A DNA stretch of 28,489 nt from Amoebidium appalachense (taxonomy: Eukaryota; Protista; Ichthyosporea), in the NCBI GenBank assembly GCA_963693365.1, contig CAVNZM010000007.1:3409170-3437658 (forward strand), read 5' to 3'. How positions within the stretch are numbered: the first letter of the stretch is position 1; the number at the start of each line of letters is the position of its first letter. This document shows, piece by piece, positions 9,358 to 18,992 of the stretch. The position numbers and the translations under genes were made by a program. Under the pieces are notes generated by a model. That model ran no database searches. It worked only from the letters and a program-made list of their open reading frames with translations, and was not told the DNA's origin.

Positions 9358-10409
9358 TCATACCCGAGCCCGAAGATCGTGCGGACTTCCAGAGCACGGT
9401 GCACGTACGTACGTTCTCCAGAGCGTCCAATACAACCCAAACCAACGCGTGAGGAACCATGTGCTGTTGCCCGGATACGAAGCTAATTTTGAGTCGGCTT
9501 CGCCGACCGTCTTGAGCCATCCAACATTATCCTTGGTCGAGCAGTAGAAAGACTTGCATTTCGGTTCTGCGACGCACGCAGTCTTCACTTCGTCCACCGA
9601 CCCTTCATCGACCGAATATCCCTTCCGGCGTGCCCGTCATCCAATCGCTGCACCTAATTGGGTCCGGACACCGGCCGGCCCGACTGCCAGAGCACAGTTC
9701 CGTCGGCGTCGCGCACGTAGGCGACACCGTCGTTCTCGATTGTCAGGATCGCCGTGCCCAGCTTCCCCTTGCGGTAGGTGTTCGACGCCCATATGACCGC
9801 ACCCTTTGCGTCGTACACCACCAGATTGTTGTCCTCCTGCATGACGAGAGAGTAGGGCGCGGTACCGTTGTTGGTCTTGTTGTGTGCCCAGAGGACCTTG
9901 TTGCTGCCGCGTTCGGCGACTATGGTGTTCCCATCTCTCTCCTGCACCAGTTTGTACCGACCGTCGGGCGACACGATCGCCTCATAGGATGTGCTGGACC
10001 CCACGATCTTTTTGCCGCTTCCCACCATGCTACTGGCTGGTGGCTCCTCCTTCTTCACGACAGCGGTGGGGGCGTTGGGACAGGAGGGACAGTCGGGGCA
10101 CTTCTCCTTGGGGGGGCAGGTCGGGCAGGTCGGGCACGTGGGGCACTTTGTGGGGGCCAGGGTGGGGCACGTCGGACAGGTGGGGCAATCCGGGCACTTC
10201 TTTTCGGGGGGGCAGACCGGACAGCTGTTGCATATGCCGCAGGGGCGCCTGCACTTGAGGGTGGTGATGTAGCGGTAAAAGCGGGGCCGGTTGACGTCGT
10301 ACACGACGAGGAGGACGAACAGGGCACACAGGCACCACACCCACGTAGACACACTGGGGCGGCGGGGGAAAACCTGTGACGGGGGCAAGTCCATTTGGTA
10401 GACCCACAT
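9358..10409 (-). pseudogene. Membrane-anchored CPxC-repeat / bulb-type (B) lectin / PAN-apple-like protein, broken by TAG at 9654-9656 and a frameshift at ~9601
   Basis: TM WVWCLCALFVLLVVY, stalk CPDCPTCPTCP, B-lectin SPDGRYKLVQERDGN..LW..LVMQEDNNLVVYD..IWASNT..LTIENDG..LWQS. Beyond the stop: DGHAGRDIRSMKG/SVDEVKTACVAEPKCKSF..GWLK (PAN-like). Confidence 0.8.
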
Positions 10410-10440
10410 GAAAATCGCACACAGTCCTGTTTGGCAAGCT

Positions 10441-10848
10441 TTATTTGAGCGGCTCGCGGCGCAGCGCGGATGCCACGCGGGCAGTCCAGGCGCACCTGCC
10501 ACGCAAGTTCGCGGCGAATGCCTGATATGGAAGCGTCTGTGAGAACCACTCGCCCTTGTTGACGTCCCAGTAGCGGAGCCCGTTGTTCTTCGATATGTGG
10601 ACCCGGGGACAGCTGCGGCAGTCCGGAACGGTCTCGCTGTCAGCGTCGAAGCCCTCGGCGAGGTACTTGTCGTACAGCGCCTGTCCGCACGCGATTGCGT
10701 CGCAGCCCGCGTAGGGTCCAGGGTCGGGCAGTGGACGACCTTCCATGGCCGCACGCACCGACCGCCACACCGACGCCGCCTGGTGCCGAGCCGCGATTGC
10801 AGCAAACATCAGCGCGCATAGGACACACACAACCAGTACCAGATACAT
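10441..10848 (-). CDS. Small secreted/membrane Cys-containing hypothetical protein
   Basis: N-terminal hydrophobic MYLVLVVCVLCALMFAAIAA, with CDAIAC and CRSC. Confidence 0.65.
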   Translation of the reverse strand: MYLVLVVCVLCALMFAAIAARHQAASVWRSVRAAMEGRPLPDPGPYAGCDAIACGQALYDKYLAEGFDADSETVPDCRSCPRVHISKNNGLRYWDVNKGEWFSQTLPYQAFAANLRGRCAWTARVASALRREPLK

Positions 10849-10894
10849 CACTGTGAGACACCAGCTCTACGTCCAACCCCAAGACCGCGAGCGG

Positions 10895-12120
10895 CTATTT
10901 GATCCCAACTAGGACGGTGAAGCGACCGCCGACCCTGTACCCCATCTCATCCACGACGGCCACGCGCAGCCCCTCGACGTGCTCGAGCGACGTGGCGAGC
11001 TGCGGCGACGCCTGTAGGTCTTCGCTGATGCCGCAGGCGGCGCCGTGGACACCCGCGGACACGATGCGGCCCTGCAGGCTTGTCTCGCCGTGCATGACCG
11101 TGACCAGCAGCGCGCCCCGAGGCGCCAGGGGAGGCGTGGACCCGACGATGCACTGGATGTTGTCTGCGGCGCAGGGAAGCTGTTGGTCGCCTTCGGCCAC
11201 GGGGGCGTGGTCGCCGTCGAAGTACCTTGCAAGCGGGGGCAACCCGCTGGTGAGGCTGTGACTGACGTGGCCGCCGACCTCGAAACCCAGGACGCGCGCA
11301 AGGCCGCGTGGGACATCGAGGGTGAACGTAGGGACAGTTGCATATGGGGCCCAGTGCTTGACGACGTCGGGTGTGAGTGTCTTGTGGTGGTGGATGCTGA
11401 TGACCAGGCGATCGGGAATCGCCAGCTGCGACGGGGACATAAACGAGTAGAGCGTGTGGTGGAACGGCCACTTGAAGCGGTTGTGGGGGTCACGCTCGTT
11501 TGCCAGCTCTCGCCATGCCCAAGGGTTCTCCCGATAGTGTATCTGCGCCAGCTGCAGCACCTCGTGGGCCAGGTGATCGGCGGGGCCCGAAGTGCGCGGC
11601 GCCCACCTGTCCTTTGCGAGGAAGTCTTCTTGGCGGGTCCATGCCTCGCCATTGCGCTCGGCGGCGGCCTTGATGACGGCCGTGTGTGTGACCTTTGCGT
11701 AGTACGGGACTGCATCCGGGAACACGTCGAGGAGGTCTGCGATGTCATCGATGTTATACGAGGGCTTGTAGCAATCGGCGATGGCCTGATCTAGACGGGC
11801 CTCCAATTCAGCGCACAGGGCGCCGATTGTATAGTGCCCGACCGGCAGGTAGATGTCTGCAGTCGAACGTGTCCACGAGCCCGGGTGGCGGCCATCTGGC
11901 GAGTCGAGGAACGACAGCCCCAGCACCAATCTGTTGGAGCCCTCTGACACGTCGTACACGGAATGCACCCGTGCGCCCTCGACGCGAACACCGTGGACCG
12001 AGCGGGGAGCGGAGAACTCTATCTTCAGCGGGCCACCATGTGTGTCGCCGCTGACAAAGTAGTATCGCCAGGGAGCCTGGGACGCTTGGGTCGGGGCGGG
12101 TGAGCTCCGGGCGGAGGCAT
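10895..12120 (-). pseudogene. Putative minor capsid (penton-like, single jelly-roll) protein; probable frameshift near 12062
   Basis: The frame extends upstream of the listed ORF: YFVSGDTHGGPLKIEFSAPRSVHGVRVEGARVHSVYDVSEGSNRL..DIYLPVGHYTIGALCAELEARL..LARVLGF..LRVAVVDEMG. This resembles the penton pattern (YNI...N.L / I.IP.G.Y...L...L / LGF / L.V.L.D..G). An ATG at 12120 (MPPPGAHPPRPKRPRL) is one base out of frame. Confidence 0.55.
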
Positions 12121-12276
12121 CGCCTACTCACTGATGTGCGGGACGGGGTTGGAAGTGCGGGTCCGTGGGGAAAGGCCCGTCGTGCCATGGCGGCGGAGAA
12201 GTCGATGTGTGAAGCCATGTCGTCAAGAATACGGGAGCGCGCCTTCGACATCCTACAGGTGGGTGAGCATAAAAGC

Positions 12277-12645
12277 TCAGTCCATGACTGTGCAGTTGCA
12301 CTGCCAACGGGCCTTGGGTCCCGGGGCAGAAGGTGCGGGCGTCATGCTGGGTGTCCACACCCAAGTCTCGGGGGTAGTGGTGGGGGTGGCTGGGGACGGG
12401 GTGACGTCATCATCGGAGGAAATCTGTGACCCAGACCCACTGGCGGGGAAGTCGAGTGGGACCTCATCGTCTGTCGGCGCGGGGATGCCGGGGGGCCAGA
12501 CCGCAGGTGCGGTTTCAGCGACGGCCTCGGTGGCTGCGAGACTGGACGCGGGGCCGGTGCTTTGGTATATGCACTGTGGAGCAGCGAACGACCCGACGGC
12601 AAGGGCGAAGACGGCGTAGAGGTTGTTGAGCATTACTTGTAGCAT
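12277..12645 (-). CDS. Secreted Pro/Thr/Ser-rich (mucin-like) small protein
   Basis: Signal-like LYAVFALAVGSFAAPQC, P/T/S-rich body, C-terminal WQCNC. Confidence 0.6.
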   Translation of the reverse strand: MLQVMLNNLYAVFALAVGSFAAPQCIYQSTGPASSLAATEAVAETAPAVWPPGIPAPTDDEVPLDFPASGSGSQISSDDDVTPSPATPTTTPETWVWTPSMTPAPSAPGPKARWQCNCTVMD

Positions 12646-12653
12646 ATAAAATT

Positions 12654-13250
12654 CTAGGCGCCGCGGAGGTCCAAGACGGCAAGAAACAACGTTATGGCAG
12701 GGAACGGGAACATGTCAAGACAGAGCCTGAAGCGCCAGAACCGCGCGATGCATATCGCAACATTGACACCCCGAAATCCATATTGGACGCCGAGGTCGTC
12801 CGTGTAGACAAACCACGAGGGCATCGGGATGATTGGTAAACCGCCCAAGCCAAGCGAAGCGGCCACTCCCAGTTCGATACGGGCAGTGGGTAGCGAAGCG
12901 GGTGACCAATTTGTGTGGTTAGGTGTACGCGTGTTGATTCTTACGTTAGCGAGGCTTGGCCTCGGTAGTGTGTGTTTCGCGGCGGTCGTGGCTCCGGTCT
13001 GTGAATGTATGAAGACAAATTCTGAGGCATCGGCCCTGTCGTCGGTGAACGTGACAACGTTGTGATCCGGCAAAGCCTTCCAATACATACGCAGATCCCC
13101 AACGCGGGTGCACACGTATGGGTCATCCCTCTGCCATGGCAGTGCCATGCCAGTCTGTTGGGTGTCTGCCAGATCGGGCGGCCAATCAGTTGGTTCGCTC
13201 AGCAGAGCCAGTTGCTTGCTAACGTATCGACCTGAATAAAGGATGTGCAT
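12654..13250 (-). CDS. Hypothetical protein
   Basis: 198-aa ORF co-oriented with its neighbours; no motif recognised. Confidence 0.35.
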   Translation of the reverse strand: MHILYSGRYVSKQLALLSEPTDWPPDLADTQQTGMALPWQRDDPYVCTRVGDLRMYWKALPDHNVVTFTDDRADASEFVFIHSQTGATTAAKHTLPRPSLANVRINTRTPNHTNWSPASLPTARIELGVAASLGLGGLPIIPMPSWFVYTDDLGVQYGFRGVNVAICIARFWRFRLCLDMFPFPAITLFLAVLDLRGA

Positions 13251-13858
13251 ATCGTGTGGGGGCTAACAAGACCTGGGCATTTTATTGTGCCACAAGCAGG
13301 GGGTGTGCGTACACGCATGTGGATCGCTCTGGGTATACTCTGTTCACGGACATGCAGCCATGTTGTGGCCGCCGCAGATGCCTTGCCCAGCAAGCTTTAT
13401 TGAATTGTTGCCACGCGAGATGCGGGCGATGGCAAAGAACCCCCAATCATACGGTCAAGACATACCCATGTACCTACTCCAATCGTCCAACCTTGAATAT
13501 GCCAAGTCCGAGCCATGTCGGACGCGCAAAACAACCGGCGAAACCTACACAGTCAAACCCGGAAAGAAATCTAACATCAAAACCCAAAACAATGTTCCCC
13601 AAGGGGAAGACTACTACTTCCGCTTTCTCAGAATGGTTAATAGACGCATGCATACGAGTGACATCCAACTAGGCACTCCAAGTGCAATAAGGGGTGCTGG
13701 TGATACGGCCAATTCGGGGCGATGGGGTGCAATCCACGTCCCCCGCAATGTGAGCGTCTGTAAAGGGCGGCGGGAATGCTATATGCAGATGAAGTGGGTG
13801 ACCTCCAAACTCGTCGATTGCGTTCACCAGACGTATGTGGGCTGTGCCTTGATCTCTG

Positions 13859-14407
13859 TCAAGCGGTGATGGTAGTGGGATGTGGGGTGGTCGGAGTGTT
13901 AGCGGTGTGTTTTTTTGTCTCGTGTGTGGGTTCGTCGTGAGGGAGTCTCGCCAATTCCGCGATTGTGCGCACCTTCGGGGTATTCAAAGTACAACACTTG
14001 TCGGCGATTTGGAAGATGGCGTGATTGGCGTCTTGCATGTATGGAACCGTGATAAGACCCACCACGGAGACAACCGAGACAAGTCGGGCGAGTTGTGACA
14101 CAAGCGAGGCGTCCTCCTTCCGCAATAAAAATCTCATCAGGACGTGTCGCATTGGACGCAGTAGACTGAAGTCTACCTCTGATATCAGGGCTTGGACACA
14201 CTCCTTGCAGAAAGCGGCATGGCTATTCAGCATATCGACATCCGCCCCGTCGATGGCCGACGACACGACAACCAAGTCCGGGTTGTCGTCGAACGACCCA
14301 TAATAAGACTTTACTTCATCTGTGATACACTTGATGTAGCTTGTTCTGTGCTCCGCAGGAAGCGTGGCGGGCAGACCATAGAAACTCCGGAAATCGGAGT
14401 TCGACAT
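13859..14407 (-). CDS. Hypothetical protein (~182 aa)
   Basis: Starts MSNSDFRSFYGLP. Minus-strand TATAAAG at ~14484-14490 and CCAAT/ATTGG boxes further upstream. Confidence 0.6.
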   Translation of the reverse strand: MSNSDFRSFYGLPATLPAEHRTSYIKCITDEVKSYYGSFDDNPDLVVVSSAIDGADVDMLNSHAAFCKECVQALISEVDFSLLRPMRHVLMRFLLRKEDASLVSQLARLVSVVSVVGLITVPYMQDANHAIFQIADKCCTLNTPKVRTIAELARLPHDEPTHETKKHTANTPTTPHPTTITA

Positions 14408-14696
14408 CGTGATTCGCAAAACTAGAAACGTATTCTGGTAGTCGAATGGATGAATAATGAAGCATTGGGTATGCGTCGTTCCTCTTTATACCATTTGATT
14501 CAGATGCGTATAAGCAAATGCAAATGATTGGTGTATGATGGCGTTATGTGTGCTGATGTAACCAATCGCTGCTCTCCATCCGCATGAATTCCTAGTGTGT
14601 GGTATGAGCTCACTTTATCAGCAACCAATGAAAAAAAACGACGAATTGGATTGTAGTGTTTACATCTTCAATTCGCATCAAATTTGATAATGATTT

Positions 14697-14977
14697 GCGC
14701 CCAATCAACAACGGCGACTCAAAATTCGGGATGATTCAAAACGGCGACTCAAAATTAGGCGTGTCTCATCTTACGCCCAATCAACGGCGGCTCACCTTAC
14801 GCCCAATCATTCAAAACGGCGACTCACCTTGCGCCCAATCATTCAAAACGGCGACTCACCTTACGCCCAATCATTCAAAACGGCGACTCAAAATTAGGCG
14901 TGTCTCATCTTACGCCCAATCAACGGCGACTCACCTTACGCCCAATCATTCAAAACGGCGACTCAAAATTCGGGATC
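14697..14977. repeat. Complex tandem array, main unit 32 bp (TTACGCCCAATCATTCAAAACGGCGACTCACC)
   Basis: About 7 CGCCCAATCA and 9 AACGGCG(A/G)CTCA modules with a higher-order duplication of aaattaggcgtgtctcatc. Confidence 0.9.
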
Positions 14978-15740
14978 TTCTACGTCGTGGATGTTTGCAC
15001 AAGGAACACCTACCTCACCGGGCCCCAAATTGAAACCACACCTTTTCTGGGGTTCGTTTGGTTTTAAGATCGGTTGTGTGTTCGTCGAAAATGACCGTGC
15101 CTGTCTGTGTGTGTCTGTTACTTTGTGTGGGTACCAAATATAATATCTGGTCCTCCATGCCGTCCTGTACCGTTGTCCGTTTTGTGTGTCTCTTCTTGGT
15201 CTCTGTCTGTGTCTCGCTTTTTTATGGCGCTTTTTTCGCTTTTGTTTTGGGCCTGGGCGTCTGTGCCGTTGGCGCTCGGTGTGTGTCTTCCGTCGTCTAG
15301 CCATGGTCATTGCATATGATTATAAGACCCCGATGGTCTCTATTGGCGGAAAGGTGCGGTCTTTGTGTAGAAATAGGCTCCTTCCTACCAAGCTTTTGGT
15401 GAATGAGGCGACAACCAAGCCCATGGAACCACGTGCACTTGTATGCGGCCCGTGGGCAACCATGGGCCTCTGCCGGTATAGACCAAGGTTCTTGTAACCT
15501 TGCATGACCATGCCACTAGCCTAGCTCCTTTCATGACCCGTGTTCGTGTTGGCAAGTTTAGGAAAGGATGGTAGGTTCAACTGTGCCTGTATCTATGTGC
15601 CCAGTGCTCTGTAAGTCCGCGAAGTGAGAACGGTCCCTCGTTTTTCCGTTATGTTTGCTTTGGGAAGTGTGATGGTGACAGCTTGGTGGGGTCTGTGAAC
15701 ACGGCCCGGTCCCTGGCCATCTATTATGCACGACAGTCTT

Positions 15741-16560
15741 ATGACCGAGCGCTGGGATGTGGTGCGCATCACCACAGAGGACGAGCTGATGGGGTTCATA
15801 GAAAGTGCGGACTGGGATTTCAAGGTCACCCGAATGGCCGTTCCTACAAGGTCAACCACGCGCACAACCAGTGTCAAGAGCATCGTTGTTCGGCAAATAG
15901 AACGCAGGCGGTGCAACGTCAACTTCGAGTACGACGACAGCCACCCTGCTTACGACAAAACCATCAGCCCGTTCTGCTTTGAACTCGACCTCAAACCCGA
16001 CGACGCCGTCGAAGTGGACGATTAGTAGCGACGAAGACAACGGAGACGAGGCCAACCACGACGCGTGCTGGCCTCTCCTGTACACCACCAAACTAACCAG
16101 GGATGGCTGGATCTTTTGGAATGCAAGCGGCGTGCGCGAACTGGACGGTGTTGTTTCGGCACCACCCGGGGTCTCCCGAAGGCCCTACTGGGTGATGCCG
16201 GCGCTCCTTTTCGAGGTCCTCGTCAGCGTCCCGCCCCCCGCCCCGCCCGCCACCCTGCTCGAGGCCGCCTACCGCACCGGGGTCACACACGGGGCGCCTG
16301 TGCCGATGGGCCCCGGCGGCATGCACGCCGAAGACCTCGGCGCCGCGCTCGCAGACTGGGGCTGGATCGAGCATTTTTTCACGGAGGTCTGTAGGGAAGT
16401 CCGCGATATTTTTGTGTTTACGGGGCTGCCGGCGCGCGATGCCGTATTCGACGCCATCTACGCCCGCAACCGCACGCTCCAGTGGGAAAGCGGGCCCACG
16501 TCCGCAATGTCCAACGCGACCCCCTGGAGCAACGCGGGGGACTTGGGGCACGCGCTTTGA
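15741..16560 (+). pseudogene. ORFan family paralog B, single-base frameshift at ~16022
   Basis: MTERWDVVRITTEDEL..EVDD (ORF to 16025) plus SSDEDNG..TRDGWIFWN..RPYWVMPALLFE..ARNRT..TPWSNAGDLGHAL. Homologous to 6725-7598. Confidence 0.8.
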
Positions 16561-16580
16561 TGGGTTATCGCGACCGAATC

Positions 16581-16687
16581 TGATTGGTCCGCGATCTGCT
16601 GTAGCCCAAGGCGATTGGTAGATATAAGATTCTCGGGATCTGTTGGATCTATTGCGCGCTTTTTATTGGATAGGAGGGGGTATAAAA
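16581..16687 (+). promoter_or_regulatory. Pol II-like promoter: ATTGG boxes plus TATA
   Basis: ATTGG at 16583, 16614 and ~16665. TATAAAA at 16681, about 80 nt before ATG 16762. Confidence 0.6.
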
Positions 16688-16761
16688 TGCACACCCTCTT
16701 CACCACCCGTTTCATTTCAACACAGCTGCCAGCAACAGTGCACACCAAAACACACCCCAAA

Positions 16762-17235
16762 ATGACGGACACACTTCGGCGCCCCGATGCGGATGACGCA
16801 GAGAGATGCCCTGCGTTTGCGCGCTTGACGTTGGCACAGTGCGCAAACAAAACAGGGGGCAAGTGTTCAGCGCACCGCAACTCAAAGCCATGGACGTGCT
16901 TCCACCCCGCGTCCGGCGTGCTCCTCTACAGCGCCGGCACCATCAACATCTACCACGCCTGCAAGGCCCGGGACTACGCCCAGGCCAACATACTGCTCGC
17001 CGGCATCAGGGCCGTCCTGGCCGTCCAGGAGCAGCCCGCCACCGCCGGCGCCGGCGTGCCCGCGCTCGCCGCGTCCACCCCGGGCCCGGCCGCCCCCGCC
17101 CCACACTCGCCGCCCGCGACACCAGCGGCTGGGGGCGTCGAAATACAGTACTGCGAGGGCACGACCAAGCGTGGCAGGCGCTGCAGGAACAGGGTGAAGG
17201 GCACGGCCCACTGCCACGTGCACGCGCGCGAGTAG
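16762..17235 (+). CDS. CCCH zinc-finger protein (DUF5763-like, giant-virus type), 157 aa
   Basis: C-terminal CEGTTKRGRRCRNRVKGTAHCHVH and N-terminal CPAFARLTLAQCANKTGGKCSAH. AATAAA 9 nt after the stop. Confidence 0.7.
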   Translation: MTDTLRRPDADDAERCPAFARLTLAQCANKTGGKCSAHRNSKPWTCFHPASGVLLYSAGTINIYHACKARDYAQANILLAGIRAVLAVQEQPATAGAGVPALAASTPGPAAPAPHSPPATPAAGGVEIQYCEGTTKRGRRCRNRVKGTAHCHVHARE

Positions 17236-17289
17236 ACATGTTCAATAAAGACCTAAGAGTGGCCCTGGTGGGTTTATTCAAAGACGCGC

Positions 17290-17290
<1 letters not shown>

Positions 17291-17346
<56 letters not shown>
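17291..17346. repeat. (GT)n microsatellite between convergent genes
   Basis: About 28 GT units. Confidence 0.97.
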
Positions 17347-17348
<2 letters not shown>

Positions 17349-18239
17349 GAGCACGTGCTTCTCCAGGAAGCGAACCGGGTAGACCTTAACCGGGCGCATG
17401 TCGCCCTGCACCATCATCATGGTCTCTTCGGGCTCGCCTCCCTCCTCCTCTCGCCACTTTTTGGCCACGTGGCGGCCCACTGTGCTGCTGGTCTTGTCCT
17501 TGATCCCGTTGTCTAGCAGAAACTTGCCCACCGTTACGTAGTCCGTCAGCGCGGGCCCCTCCACCGCCCTAGGACCGCTCGCGGGCACCAGGATGTTGGC
17601 AACCGCGTCGTTGAGCAGCATGCGCATGCGCGGGTCCCGCTCCAGACCGAACTCCTCGAGCAGCCCGCGGTACATGTGCACGTTCTCCATCTCGAGGCGC
17701 TGCACCTCCGCGGCCTCGCGCCGCAGGCGCAGCCGGCGCTCCTGCTCCAGGTCCTCACGCTTCCGCTTGCGCTCGGGGGTCTCGTCGGTGCCGTTGCGGA
17801 AGAAGTCGCGCTCCTCGGGCGTGCTGCTGTCGAAGCGCGCCTCGATCTCGGGGATCAGCGACAGGTCTCCCGCCATCAGGCGCGCGATGTAGGTGGCGCA
17901 GGTCTTGCGGAAGTCATGAGCGCGCTTGCCGGGCAGCAGGAAGATGATCTCGAGCAGGACCTTGAAGGGGGCGACGGGAGTGAGCTTGCCCTTTCCGTTG
18001 ATGCGGACTTTGTTGCTGCGAGCAACAATGTCCTTGACGGCTGGATCCTTACTTGCCTGCATGTCGAACCATGCAGACCGGGCAGCATTTGACGACCCCA
18101 GAACGATCTCGGCGGTGTCCAGGACACTGCCCTCCGCATCTGTGCCATCCCCGTGCACCCTGAACTGGGCGCCCTTGAACTGGGGGAACTCCTTGGAAAG
18201 AAGCGACATGTCGACTTTTGAGTTCTGTTCGGCAGCCAT
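17346..18239 (-). CDS. BRO-like/antirepressor-type DNA-binding protein of eukaryotic DNA viruses
   Basis: SVLDT..GKGKLTPVAPFKVLLEIIFLLPGKRAHDFRKTCATYIARLMAGDLSLIPEIE, a coiled coil, and C-terminal VGRHVAKKWREEEGGEP..VQGDMRPVKVYP. Confidence 0.7.
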
Positions 18240-18317
18240 GGTGTGCGAGACTGACCGGTTTGTGTGTGTATTGCTCCTTTTATGCCCTCGCTGGCGCGTG
18301 TGTGCTTTCGTGGTGTT

Positions 18318-18945
18318 TTAGGAAGTTGCTTCGTGGCTGGCTTTCTTGAACACACTGATGACGAGGTCCCTTGTCAAGTCGTCTTCCATGTGCTCCCTTG
18401 CCATCTCCAGCATGGCCGCGGCAAAGGTCGCGAAGTCCACACGGAACAGCTCGCGCTCAATGTTCTTGTGTTTGATTGCCGTGTGCAGGCACTTCTCTGC
18501 AAGCGCCAGCTGCTCGGACGGCACGGGCAGCGCAAAGAGCAGGCGCTTGTTCTGTCCCACATGCCACGTGCCTGCCTGCTTCATGCGGCCCTTCACATCC
18601 CGCAGACTGAGTCCGATTTTCAGGCAGGGCGGGTCGCCATACTCGGACACAAACACGTAGATACCGGACTGCTGCTTGGCGCACACGTTGCTGGTGACCC
18701 GGCGCAGCTCCTCACTGGCATCTTCGTATTCCGGCGTGATGTGGTCCGGCTTGAGACTGTCTGCTCTCTGGAGTTCCAACAGCCGGCACTGTGCCTCGAT
18801 TTTCAGGCGCTCCTCCCGGATCACAGCAGCCTGCTCGCGCATCCTTGCAATCTCCGCAAACTGAGGGGATTCGGCGATGCGCGCCTCCTTGTACAGACTC
18901 AGGGCAGTTTCCATCTCGGCCTGGTTGGTCATGAACTGGGTGATA

Positions 18946-18946
<1 letters not shown>
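18318..18946 (-). pseudogene. T5orf172/MUG113 (GIY-YIG) nuclease-domain protein, 5' end cut at the poly-C/Ngaro junction
   Basis: SGIYVFV..LKIGLS..VKGRMKQ..AEKCLHTAIKHKNIERELFRV preceded by a coiled coil. The frame runs into poly-G with no plausible N-terminal domain, although an in-frame ATG exists at ~18932. Confidence 0.75.

Positions 18947-18992
<46 letters not shown>

Noticed and set aside
10410-10805. N-terminal extension of the 383-aa lectin ORF
   Set aside because: It is an alternate frame of the 10441-10848 gene. The lectin more plausibly starts at 10409 or 10394.
13285-13869. 194-aa plus-strand ORF with LysM-like ETYTVKPG
   Set aside because: The rest of the LysM pattern is absent, the start is non-ATG and there is no supporting signal. 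Coding status is unresolved.
14963-15319. Basic and hydrophobic ORFs on opposite strands
   Set aside because: Low-complexity GT/T-rich sequence with no motif or codon-bias support.
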